Assembly (NCBI GenBank): GCA_040954595.2
Contig: CM082585.2
Location: forward strand, 1,068,814 to 1,132,813
Origin: Balanoglossus misakiensis
Lineage: Eukaryota; Animalia; Hemichordata
DNA length: 64,000 nt
Direction: 5' to 3'
Numbering within the stretch: position 1 is the stretch's first letter; each line of letters starts with the position of its first letter. The position numbers were made by a program, and so were the translations under genes. The notes below the pieces were generated by a model that saw only the letters and a program-made list of their open reading frames with translations, ran no database searches and was not told the origin of the DNA. Below are positions 1 through 12,308 of this stretch, in pieces.

Positions 1-3000
1 CGACGAAAATTTGAGATTTTGCAAAGACGAAAATTTGTCATTTTTGATGATTTTTACCCATGATTTTTTTTCAAAAATGGACGAAATTTTGAGATTTTGC
101 AAAGACGAAAATTTGTCATTTTTTGATGATTTTCACCCATGATTTTTTTTCAAAAATCGACGAAATTTTGAGATTTTGCAAAGTCGAAAATGTGTCATTT
201 TTTGATGATTTTCACCCGTTTTTTTTCAAAATTTGTCATTTTTTGATGATTTTCACCCATGATTTTTTTTCAAAAATCGACGAAATTTTGAGATTTTGCA
301 AAGTCGAAAATTTGTCATTTTTTGATGATTTTCACCCATGATTTTTTTTAAAAAATGGACGAAATTTTGAGATTTTGCAAAGACGAAAATTTGTCATTTT
401 TTGATGATTTTCACCCATGATTTTTTTTCAAAAATCGACGAAATTTTGAGATTTTGCAAAGTCGAAAATGTGTCATTTTTTGATGATTTTCACCCGTTTT
501 TTTTCAAAATTTGTCATTTTTTGATGATTTTCACCCATGATTTTTTTTCAAAAATCGACGAAATTTTGAGATTTTGCAAAGTCGAAAATTTGTCATTTTT
601 TGATGATTTTCACCCATGATTTTTTTTAAAAAATGGACGAAATTTTGAGATTTTGCAAAGACGAAAATTTGTCATTTTTTGATGATTTTCACCCATGATT
701 TTTTTTCAAAAAACGACGAAATTTTGAGATTTTGCAAAGAGGAAAATTTGTCATTTTTTCATGATTTTCACCCATGATTTTTTTCAAAAATCGACGAAAT
801 TTTGAGATTTTGCAAAGAGGAAAATTTGTCATTTTTTCATGATTTTCACCCATGATTTTTTTCAAAAATCGACGAAAATTTGAGATTTTGCAAAGACGAA
901 AATTTGTCATTTTTGATGATTTTTACCCATGATTTTTTTTCAAAAATGGACGAAATTTTGAGATTTTGCAAAGACGAAAATTTGTCATTTTTTGATGATT
1001 TTCAGCAATGATTTTTTTTCAAAAAACGACGAAATTTTGAGATTTTGCAGAGGAAAATGTGTCATTTTTTGATGATTTTCACCCGTTTTTTTTTTCAAAA
1101 TTTGTCATTTTTTGATGATTTTCTCCCATGATTTTTTTCAAAAATTGACGAAATTTTGAGATTTTGCAAAGTCGAAAATTTGTCATTTTTTGATGATTTT
1201 CACCCATGATTTTTTTCAAAAATCGACGAAATTTTGAGATTTTGCAAAGTCGAAAATTTGTCATTTTTTGATGATTTTCCCCCATGTTTTTTTTTTTAAA
1301 TGGACGAAATTTTGAGATTTTGCAAAGACGAAAATTTGTTATTTTTTGATGATTTTCACCCATGATTTTTTCAAAAATTGACGAAATTTTGAGATTTTGC
1401 AAAGTCGAAAATTTGTCATTTTTTGATGAGTTTCACACATGATTTTTTTCAAAAATCGACGAAATTGTGAAATTTTGCAAAGACGAAAATTTGTCATTTT
1501 TTGATGATTTTTACCCATGATTTTTTTTCAAAAATGGACGAAATTTTGAGGTTTTGCAAAGTCGAAAATTTGTCATTTTTTGATGATTTTCACACATGAT
1601 TTTTTTCAAAAATCGACGAAATTGTGAGATTTTGCAAAGACGAAAATTTGTCATTTTTTGATGATTTTTACCCATGATTTTTTTTCAAAAATGGACGAAA
1701 TTTTGAGGTTTTGCAAAGTCGAAAATTTGTTATTTTTTGATGATTTTCACCCATGTCTTTTTTTAAAAATCGACGAAATTTTGAGATTTTGCAAAGAGGA
1801 AAATTTGTCATTTTTTCATGATTTTCCCCCATGATTTTTTTCAAAAATCGACGAAATTTTGAGATTTTGCAAAGTCGACGAAAATGTGTCATTTTTTGAT
1901 GATTTTCAACCGTTTTTTTTTCAAAATTTGTCATTTTTTGATGATTTTCACCCATGTTTTTTTTTTAAAAAATCGACGAACCTATGATTTTTTTCAAAAT
2001 CGACGAAATTTTATGATTTTACAAAGTCGAAAATTTTGTCATTTTTTGATGATTTTCAACCATGATTTTTTTTCAAAAATCGACGAAAATTTGAGATTTT
2101 GCAAAGACGAAAATTTGTTATTTTTGATGATTTTTACCCATGATTTTTTTTCAAAAATGGACGAAATTTTGAGATTTTGCAAAGACGAAAATTTGTCATT
2201 TTTTGATGATTTTCACCCATGATTTTTTTTCAAAAATCGACGAAATTTTGAGATTTTGCAAAGAGGAAAATTTGTCATTTTTTCATGATTTTCCCCCATG
2301 ATTTTTTTCAAAAATCGACGAAATTTTGTGATTTTACAAAGTCGAAAATTTTGTCATTTTTTGATGATTTTCAACCATGATTTTTTTTCAAAAATCGACG
2401 AAAATTTGAGATTTTGCAAAGACGAAAATTTGTCATTTTTGATGATTTTTACCCATGATTTTTTTTCAAAAATGGACGAAATTTTGAGATTTTGCAGAGA
2501 CGAAAATTTGTCATTTTTTGATGATTTTCACCCATGATTTTTTTCAAAAATCGACGAAATTTTGAGATTTTGCAAAGTCGTAAATGTGTCATTTTTTGAT
2601 GATTTTCACCAGTTTTTTTTTTTTCAAAATTTGTCATTTTTTCATGATTTTCCCCCATGATTTTTTTCAAAAATCGACGAAAATTTGAGATTTTGCAAAG
2701 ACGAAAATTTGTCATTTTTGATGATTTTTACCCATGATTTTTTTTCAAAAATGGACGAAATTTTGAGATTTTGCAAAGACGAAAATTTGTCATTTTTTGA
2801 TGATTTACACCCATGATTTTTTTTCAAAAAACGACGAAATTTTGAGATTTTGCAAAGAGGAAAATTTGTCATTTTTTCATGATTTTCACCCATGATTTTT
2901 TTCAAAAATCGACGAAATTTTGAGATTTTGCAAAGAGGAAAATTTGTCATTTTTTCATGATTTTCCCCCGTTTTTTTTTTTCAAAATTTGTCATTTTTTG

Positions 3001-6000
3001 ATGATTTTCTCCCATGATTTTTTTCAAAAATTGACGAAATTTTGAGATTTTGCAAAGTCGAAAATTTGTCATTTTTGATGATTTTTACCCATGATTTTTT
3101 TCAAAAATGGACGAAATTTTGAGATTTTGCAAAGACGAAAATTTGTCATTTTTTGATGATTTTCACCCGTTTTTTTTCAAAATTTGTCATTTTTTGATGA
3201 TTTTCACCCATGATTTTTTTTCAAAAATCGACGAAATTTTGAGATTTTGCAAAGTCGAAAATTTGTCATTTTTTGATGATTTTCACCCATGATTTTTTTC
3301 AAAAATCGACTAAATGTTGAGATTTTGCAAAGTCGAAAATGTGTCATTTTTTGATGATTTTCACCCGTTTTTTTTTCAAAATTTGTCATTTTTTCATGAT
3401 TTTCACCCATGATTTTTTTCAAAAATCGACGAAATTTTGTGATTTTGCAAAGTCGAAAATTTTGTCATTTTTTGATGATTTTCAACCATGATTTTTTTTC
3501 AAAAATCGACGAAATTTTGTGATTTTACAAAGTCGAAAATTTTGTCATTTTTTGATGATTTTCAACCATGATTTTTTTTCAAAAATCGACGAAAATTTGA
3601 GATTTTGCAAAGACGAAAATTTGTCATTTTTGATGATTTTTACCCATGATTTTTTTCAAAAATGGACGAAATTTTGAGATTTTGCAAAGACGAAAATTTG
3701 TCATTTTTTGATGATTTTCACCCATGATTTTTTTTCAAAAATCGACGAAATTTTGAGATTTTGCAAAGTCGTAAATGTGTCATTTTTTGATGATTTTCAC
3801 CAGTTTTTTTTTTCAAAATTTGTCATTTTTTCATGATTTTCCCCCATGATTTTTTTCAAAAATCGACGAAAATTTGAGATTTTGCAAAGACGAAAATTTG
3901 TCATTTTTGGTGATTTTTACCCATGATTTTTTTTCAAAAATGGACGAAATTTTGAGATTTTGCAAAGACGAAAATTTGTCATTTTTTGATGATTTTCACC
4001 CATGATTTTTTTTCAAAAAACGACGAAATTTTGAGATTTTGCAAAGAGGAAAATTTGTCATTTTTTCATGATTTTCACCCATGATTTTTTTCAAAAATCG
4101 ACGAAATTTTGAGATTTTGCAAAGAGGAAAATTTGTCATTTTTTCATGATTTTCCCCCATGATTTTTTTCAAAAATCGACGAAAATTTGAGATTTTGCAA
4201 AGACGAAAATTTGTCATTTTTGATGATTTTTACCCATGATTTTTTTTCAAAAATGGACGAAATTTTGAGATTTTGCAAAGACGAAAATTTGTCATTTTTT
4301 GATGATTTTCACCCGTTTTTTTTTCAAAATTTGTCATTTTTTCATGATTTTCACCCATGATTTTTTTCAAAAATCGACGAAATTTTGAGATTTTGCAAAG
4401 TCGAAAATTTGTCATTTTTTGATGATTTTCACCCATGATTTTTTTCAAAAATCAACGAAATTTTGAGATTTTGCAAAGTCGAAAATGTGTCATTTTTTGA
4501 TGATTTTCACCCATGTTTTTTTTTAAAAATCGACGAACCTATGATTTTTTTCAAAATCGACGAAATTTTGTGATTTTGCAAAGTCGAAAATTTTGTCATT
4601 TTTTGATGATTTTCAACCATGATTTTTTTTCAAAAATCGACGAAATTTTGAGATTTTGCAAAGTCGAAAATTTTGTCATTTTTTGATGATTTTCAACCAT
4701 GATTTTTTTTCAAAAATCGACGAAATTTTGAGATTTTGCAAAGTCGAAAATTTGTCATTTTTTGATGATTTTCACCCATGATTTTTTTCAAAAATCGACG
4801 AAATTTTGAGATTTTGCAAAGTCGAAAATGTGTCATTTTTTGATTTTCACCCATGTTTTTTTTTTAAAAATCGACGAACCTATGATTTTTTTCAAAATCG
4901 ACGAAATTTTGTGATTTTGCAAAGTCGAAAATTTTGTCATTTTTTGATGATTTTCAACCCTGATTTTTTTTCAAAAATCGACGAAATTTTGAGATTTTGC
5001 AAAGTCGAAAATTTGTCATTTTTTGAGGATTTTCACCCATGATTTTTTTCAAAATTGACGAAATTTTGAGATTTTGCAAAGTCGAAAATTTGTCATTTTT
5101 TGATGATTTTCCCCCATGATTTTTTTTCAAAAATGGACGAAATTTTGAGATTTTGCAAAGACGAAAATTTGTCATTTTTTGATGATTTTCACCCATGATT
5201 TTTTTTCAAAAATCGACGAAATTTTGAGATTTTGCAAAGTCGAAAATGTGTCATTTTTTGATGATTTTCACCCGTTTTTTTTCAAAATTTGTCATTTTTT
5301 GATGATTTTCACCCATGATTTTTTTTCAAAAATCGACGAAATTTTGAGATTTTGCAAAGTCGAAAATTTGTCATTTTTTGATGATTTTCACCCATGATTT
5401 TCTTCAAAAATCGACGAAATTTTGAGATTTTGCAAAGTCGAAAATTTGTCATTTTTTGATTATTTTCACCCATGATTTTTTTCAAAAATCGACGAAATTT
5501 TGAGATTTTGCGAAGTCGAAAATTTGTCATTTTTTGATGATTTTCACCCATGATTTTTTTCTAAAATCGACGAAATGTTGAGATTTTGCAAAGTCGAAAA
5601 TTTTGTCATTTTTTGATGATTTTCAACCATGATTTTTTTTCAAAAATCGACGAAAATTTGAGATTTTGCAAAGATGAAAATTTGTCATTTTTGATGATTT
5701 TTACCCATAATTTTTTTTCAGAAATGGACGAAATTTTGAGATTTTGCAAAGTCGAAAATGTGTCATTTTTTGATGATTTTCACCCGTTTTTTTTCAAAAT
5801 TTGTCATTTTTTCATGATTTTCACCCATGATTTTTTTAAAAAATCGACGAAATTTTGAGATTTTGCAAAGTCGAAAATTTGTCATTTTTTGATGATTTTC
5901 ACCCATGATTTTTTTCAAAAATCGACGAAATTTTGAGATTTTGCAAAGTCGAAGATGATTTTCACCCATGATTTTGTTCAAAAATCGACGAAATTTTGAG

Positions 6001-6253
6001 ATTTTGCAAAGTCGAAAATTTGTCATTTTTTGAGGATTTTCACCCATGATTTTTTTCAAAATTGACGAAATTTTGAGATTTTGCAAAGTCGAAAATTTGT
6101 CATTTTTTGAGGATTTTCACCCATGATTTTTTTCAAAATTGACGAAATTTTGAGATTTTGCAAAGTCGAAAATTTCTCATTTTTTGATGCATTTTCACCC
6201 ATGATTTTTTTTCAAAAATCGACGAAATTTTGAGATTTTGCAAAGTCGAAAAC
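1..6253. repeat. AT-rich tandem satellite, ~79-80 bp monomer with interspersed ~40-bp half units; runs off the left edge of the window
   Basis: Consensus catgatttttttcaaaaatcgacgaaattttgagattttgcaaagtcgaaaatttgtcattttttgatgattttcacc repeats continuously. Shorter units cgttttttttcaaaatttgtcattttttgatgattttcacc are interspersed. The array ends abruptly at ...caaagtcgaaaa|caagcatc. Confidence 0.97.
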
Positions 6254-7779
6254 AAGCATCGTCCGATTCGAATTCGACTCGTCATCGGTAGCTTTGTTTA
6301 TTTCGCCCTTGGAGACCTCCCCTGGCCTCGTTAGGATGACTGTTACCAGGACTACCTTAAACCAATATTTTCGAACCGGACGGTACACACGTCATGTCTT
6401 TGTTAATTGTCCAGGTACCAGAGTGTACGTGTGGGCTCCCTAAACCACTCATTGGCGGCCGGTCCCTGTCCGAATAAACACGTTTGACAGACAAAAAATG
6501 ATGAACAAGTGGCTTATTTCAATACTTCGTTAACTAGACGGCTGAACTCTGAATGTTGATTCAGCAAAAAAAATGTGTTTACGGCAAGGTTTCGATCAAT
6601 ACGACACATTTACCATTGAAAACGCCCAAAGTAAGTGGGGGCGTTTGACCATCAATCAAAACCACGCCCAGGTGCATGTGAACGGCCGAAGCAGTGTAAC
6701 GTTTCACATTCCGTGCAACGTCCGACACTGTGTGAAAGCGGTTGCTGTCGGGTGGCTTGACCTAATTTTCGTACATTGATATGCATTTGACACCTCACTA
6801 CCTGTTTACTCAATATTGCTAAAACTTTGCGTTGAAATATCACTGAAATGTTGATGATCCACGCACAAGTCGTCTACCCCGGCATGAAAAGCGTCTTATA
6901 CAAGAAAACTAATTGCACATGACCACCAAGGTCATACCGCAAGGTGTGTCTAAATGTCAAGGAAGGACACTTGGGTCAAGAACGACCATGACGGAGGAAA
7001 AACCGACAAGTCATTGTGTAACCTGTTTACTTGCCAATAGTCAAACGTCAAAATTTACTCTCAACTTGGTTGCAGATCGAGTCTCCCGAATTTCCAACTT
7101 TTATGATTGGGTAAATACCGATATGCGACTGGTATGCGACGCGTTGACGACGCGAAGATTTTGTTGAAATCAAATGGTTTGTCAAATGTCATCTCACACT
7201 GGAGATACCGTGGTCATCTGACATGAAAGGGTTCGATTGGGTCTGACCGCCGTCGTTCATCCATGCTTAGAAAGCGGCGATCATGGTACAAAGTAAAACC
7301 AAGGTCAAACCTTACTGAACACATGTATTGCATGGAGAAACTTTTCTCCCTGTCTGTGTACTGAACACGTACCGTGATTGCCATAGTTACAAACGTTACC
7401 ACGTGAGAGAGATTGCATTTTACATCTGTCTTTTCAATTTTGTTGCTTTCTTACTATTCGGAATGATGGAGTCGAAACGAAAACTTTTTGCTTCAGGTGG
7501 ACCTAGGGGAAATACCTTATTTGTGACTTTTTTCATGACCCTAAAAAGACGTCGGAATTAATGTGGCTGAGGTCACTCAGGACGACGGAATGGTTGAGCG
7601 ATTTTATTTTATGAGCTCCCACTAGTATTTGTTTTATTGTTTCGGCAGTGTGTCGCGTTATTCGAGCAATCTGCAGTCTGAAAACGAACGGTTTTCAAAG
7701 TTTATAACAGAAGAACAGGGGTTTAAGCATGAAAGGTCCTGTTGTCTCCCTCGCTGTGTTTGTGTCACTGTGTCTTTGA

Positions 7780-7980
7780 CGTCTGACTGACTGATTAACT
7801 GTCTGACTGACTTACTGACTGTCTGTCAACGTCGGTCTGTCTGACTGTCTGCCCCCTCTCTCTGAGAGAGAGAGTGAGCGAGCGAGCGAGCGAGCGACCG
7901 GTGAGTGTCTCTACTGATGAATGTTGCTCTGTCTGTCTGCTTGTGTCTGTCTGCCAATCTGCCTGTTTCACTCTGTCTCT
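7780..7980. repeat. Low-complexity tract of (CTGA)n/(CTGT)n, (GA)n and (GAGC)n
   Basis: ctgactgactga, gtctgtctg, gagagagagag and gagcgagcgagcgagcg are read directly. Confidence 0.85.
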
Positions 7981-8760
7981 CCTAATTTCTTTAAAATTAG
8001 GGATATGCTATTAATGCGATATGAAAGTCAGACACGACGGAAACCTTTTATTCTCAAAACTGTCTGTTGTTTGCTGTTAAATATTGCAAAAGGTTAAGGG
8101 CCCTTTTCGCACGAGACACATGGCTTTGCAGCCGTAGCTCCCAATGTCATAACGATTACCCGAACTACCCTAATTTTAGCCCGCCGACCCAAAACAGTTT
8201 AGATCTTCGCAAACCGGAAGTAAAAATAACGATGTCAAATATAAAACAATTCATGAAAATTGCGAGAATCACGCAAGAACTATGATGTCATTCTTCTACA
8301 CTACGACGGCCAAAGATATAAAAAAAATTGAAAAATAAAAAAATGTCCCTTTCTACCTACAATATTTTTGAAAACCATGTAATCGGAATAGCACATATTA
8401 GTTTTTTTGGCCTGAGACATATCCAATTTCCCAACTGAACATGACACGTGATCAAGCATTTTCGACTTATCAGATGCAATCGCTGAACACCACACTGAGC
8501 GAGGTTTTGTCTGTCTTTATACGCGCCCTTTGTATTTGTGCGTGACATGTCCAAGCCTTGTTAGGAACTCCCGTAAAATTCTACTCAAATGATGTATACT
8601 TTCATACTTACGACTGACAGGTATTTTCAGCGTTGCCAGCTGATTGTTTGTCAGGTACCGCTTTATAACAAGACGCCCCTCTGAGTTGATAACCTGCAAT
8701 GTAACATCATTCAATTGGTCTAGTCATGTTAGCATTAGTAAAATGCTTCAAAAGTGTTAA

Positions 8761-9051
8761 AGGGACATGATACAAGACACCGTTTATGTTAGTGAATGAA
8801 CGTTCAACCACACACAACTTCCATCCGGCTTGTATGATACGAGAGTAAAAACTCGCCCGAAATGAATAAATGGTAGAGACCGTTTATTCATTTTGGCTAC
8901 TTTTTAAAACTCTCGTGTCTATACAAGCGGGGTGGAAGGTGTGTATGGTTGAACGTTGGTTCACTATATCCATATGTAGAATAATATAAACGCAGTCTTG
9001 TATCAAACATAATTAATGGAAAAAGGGCAGCGAGAGAGAGACTTTGTCCCT
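8761..9051. mobile_element. Palindromic MITE family K1, TTAA-flanked (Kolobok-like), left arm partly deleted
   Basis: TTAA|AGGGACA...TGTCCCT|TTAA with near whole-length self-complementarity. Same sequence as the copies at 9690, 19884, 62900 and 63650. Confidence 0.88.
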
Positions 9052-9379
9052 TTAATGAATACAGCCACAATGTTCTGTTTATATCTACTGACGGACCAGG
9101 CATGGATTGTCACGTATAATTCTTTGAAACGTTTGGTCCTCTGAAGAAATCTGAGCACTCATCTACTCAGTTTGCTTATTTTGTCTTCCTCCACCAGTCA
9201 GTGGTATCGTCCGATTTGATACTCCACTCTAAGCCTCTTTCTGAATGGCTCTTTAAGTTGTGATCTGTAAGTCTTAAACCTTTCATCATCCCCCCCCCCC
9301 CCGTTTCCTCTTTAGAGGTCGTCAACTGGTAAACTGTGCGCCTGTGTCTCTTCCCATAGGAGTACATGGAGAATAGTTA

Positions 9380-9685
9380 GAAAACTCACTTCTACTATTG
9401 TCATTTTCATGAAATTTTACACATAGCTCCGACAAATCAAAATAAATTCATCACGCTCTATTTTGAGATAAACTTTGTTCAATATTGTATCCATAGACAA
9501 ACCATTGGTAGAAAATGCTGACCGTTAGCAGTTTTCTTCAATTGTCGACTAAATTCACGGCCTTGTTTAAAGTCGAAAACAAGTGCAGTGACCCAAAATG
9601 GATTTTCATTATACATACAAATCAGAAACGAAAATTCACGATTAAAAGAAATGACAATGCTTTCAATTTTACTGATCGTACATCC
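9380..9685. mobile_element. Dispersed repeat family K2 ending ...gtacatcc|TTAA; related copies at ~13440-13640, 14050-14336, 57020-57380 and 58420-58584
   Basis: Shared blocks cttctactattgtcattttc, ccatagacaaaccattggt and attaaaagaaatgac...ttcaattttactga..gtacatccttaa occur in both orientations. Confidence 0.7.
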
Positions 9686-9689
9686 TTAA

Positions 9690-10009
9690 CTCGCTGCCCT
9701 TTTCCATGTTTGATACAAAACACCGTTTATATTAATGTAAATGTGGATATATAGTGATGCAACGTTCAACCGCACACACCTTCTATCCCGCATGTAGACA
9801 CGAGAGCGAAAACTCGCAAAACTGAAAAATCGGTCTCTACCATTAATTCATTTTGGGCGAGTTTTTACTCTCATATCATACAAGCAGGATGGAAGTTGTG
9901 TGTGGTTGAACGTTCATTCACTACATAAACACATGCCCATTAATATAAACGGTGTCTTGTATCAAACATAATTAATAGAAAAGGGCGACGAGAGAGAGAG
10001 TTTGTCCCT
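9690..10009. mobile_element. MITE family K1 copy, left end truncated
   Basis: ctcgctgcccttttccat...gagagagagtttgtccct|TTAA, matching the other K1 copies. Confidence 0.85.
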
Positions 10010-10734
10010 TTAAGGCGACATGATGCATGAAGTGGCGAGAGATAAACGCGGCTGACCACCGCATTAAACACTGTCAAGCAAGGCACTTCAAATGCCAATT
10101 GTTTAAGTGTGTACTAAGTAATAGGTTCATGTACCATGGGGGGGGGGGGGTCAAATCACAACAGTTGGACATGTACGAATATGAAGAGACGATATCAGTT
10201 TGTTCATGTCTTCCTTTAGTAAAAAATCTTTTTTGAACTTTGTATAGAATTCATTGAACTTTACTTTAGCTTATGAACTCTCATTTGCACATCGTCATCT
10301 TGAAATTGTGTCGACTTTATCATAAGGTTTTTATAACTCAACTAGGTCGCAAAACCTATTTAAGTTAATGAGAATAGGACGTTCACCTTTTGGGTTGATG
10401 GCTACAGCCGTTAATCCTGACTCATACACATGTTGCAGCCAGTATACTCTGCAGACATTAGACACAATAGTTTTACGAACCATTAAATTTTATTGGACCA
10501 TCAAGTTTATTGACCCATGACGTTCATATAGATTTTATGACACGACTGACGCTATAATCGGTCCTTACCTTTGGCGAGCCAAGTGTTTTATAACATCATA
10601 AGATATTAATACCTATCACCCAGTCAAACGATTTCAAGTTATAAAATTTCCACGCCAATAGGACGCCTTTAGGTGGAAATGCAACCAGGTATCCTAAATA
10701 GGAAAATATTCCGGGTATCTGTCAAGTTTAGTCC

Positions 10735-11120
10735 CATATTTAGGGGACCAAGAGCCCTCAGGCGCTTGGTCCCCTTCTGTTATTGCTGGAGTTTGTCTTC
10801 TTTCTTCTTGAGTCGTTTTTTTGCGCCCGTTTTTCTCTGAAATTCCGGCAGGTGCGCCTCCAAATTTGGCACGGTGGTTGGGGCCCATGAGTACTGGTGC
10901 ACCTGCCCTTTGAATTTGTAATTAGTCACGTGACTTTGTTGCTATAATCGAGCGAAATTTTCAAATTGACCTAATTTGCACGTTAATGGGGGCATGTACA
11001 TTCTTTTCGCGATTTTTGTAGACCATGTGGCCAAAATCCCCTGTGCCAAATTTCAAGGTCCTAGGCCACGTCGATTTTGAGAAGAAGATTTTTGTAATAT
11101 TTTTTCGCATTTTTTGGTGG
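10735..11120 (+). mobile_element. Helentron-associated (HINE/DINE-like) non-autonomous element fragment
   Basis: T-rich start with hairpin aggggaccaag...cttggtcccct, followed by a core with aaatttgg/aatttgca motifs like the other HINE-type copies in this window. Confidence 0.5.
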
Positions 11121-11339
11121 GCTGAGGACGGACACTGGGGCATCGGACTTTGACCGTCATTACGTAATGTTGTGGAGATCTCATTAGCAGGCTACTCACT
11201 TCTGGCGGGTTGCAGTAGTCCTTGGAAAATCGGCTGAAATACGTAAACAGACCAGTGATTATTTTCCACGGAATGAATTTTGGGACAACACATTATCGGA
11301 GTTCAGGCTGTGTTAGGGCGTTTTATTGAATTACGCTGA

Positions 11340-11595
11340 GTTTGGATTGACCACTGTGTTACCACTAAAAATTTTTATAGCAATGTTCTTTCAATTTCGA
11401 GTCTTTGCAATGTTGTTGACTCCGACCATATTCCTGTTTCAATAGAGGTTCATTTCAACACTTCTGCTGATGAATGCTTCAGCAGTAGTTCCTTCAAGCA
11501 ATGTAATTTTCGAGTTGATTGGAAAAAATTGTCACAGCAGAATATATCCGCCTACACCCGTTGTACCAAAGACTGACTTCCCAGACTTCAAGGTG
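11340..11595 (+). mobile_element. Non-LTR retrotransposon (LINE) ORF2 relic: C-terminal end of the APE endonuclease domain
   Basis: Reads VWIDHCVTTKNFYSNVLSISSLCNVVDSDHIPVSIEV...RVDWKKLSQQNISAY..KD*. The xIDH and SDHxP motifs followed by a DW motif are typical of LINE APE domains. In-frame stop present. Confidence 0.8.
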
Positions 11596-11913
11596 TACTT
11601 GGAATAGATGATTAATTGCTTCAATACAGCCACATCAGTTGTTTTCATCTATTAACAGTGAATAGAAGTTACTTCCTTTCATCTTCTCTAAAATCTCATC
11701 ACTGATGACTTTGCCTGAAAAATGAAATAAATGAAAATTACTCTTCAGATTAAACTTATCAAAATTCACAGTAATTTGTACAGTAATTATTCTTTATTGA
11801 GTGTAACACTATTGCTTAAACAGTGATCCTTTCTTGAAAACAACCAGGTTTAAATAAATGTTACTACATTGCCTACAATTTAGATCTGCACAAAAATCAG
11901 TAGACCTACTTAC

Positions 11914-12308
11914 CAATGCAATAAACCATTATAGTTGTGGTCATCACTGCTGAGAGTACCAAGGAATGAACACCCGAGGGACTTTGCCAATTCCAAAACA
12001 TGGATGAAGTTGGTGGTGTGCGGCAATTCTCTGTGCATGAGAAAATACATGCATCGTAGGACGCCGATGCATGAAGGCTTGCGTCTCAAAGGTGATGACC
12101 TTGTCAAATGCAGCCACAAGACCGCTGCTGTTCTCGATAACTGCTGCCTCGGCGTCAAGCTGCATTGCCGCCCGGTCGATAATCGTCTCTTCATGCTGCT
12201 TGAGTTTGTCTTCGCGAAGGGTGGTACATGTACATGGAGATGTTGTAACCCAAGTCCCTCCGCACTTGGCCTTCTGCTTGTGTTTTGTACAAAGGCGACA
12301 AAACATCC
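11914..12308 (-). pseudogene. Degenerate hAT-type (ZNF862-like) transposase fragment with N-terminal zinc finger, frameshifted
   Basis: Two overlapping ORFs join as MFCRLCTKH...WVTTSPC...REDKLKQHE...AFDK / IGVLRCMYFL..RELPHTTNFIHVLELAKSLG, motifs recalled from invertebrate ZNF862-like hAT proteins. A tttag acceptor lies upstream. Confidence 0.7.

Noticed and set aside
123-6086. Many short F/K-rich ORFs
   Set aside because: Products of the 79-bp satellite with homopolymer indels.
6242-9584. 15-bp match aaagtcgaaaacaag at the satellite end and at ~9570
   Set aside because: Short, A-rich and embedded in an unrelated repeat; likely chance.
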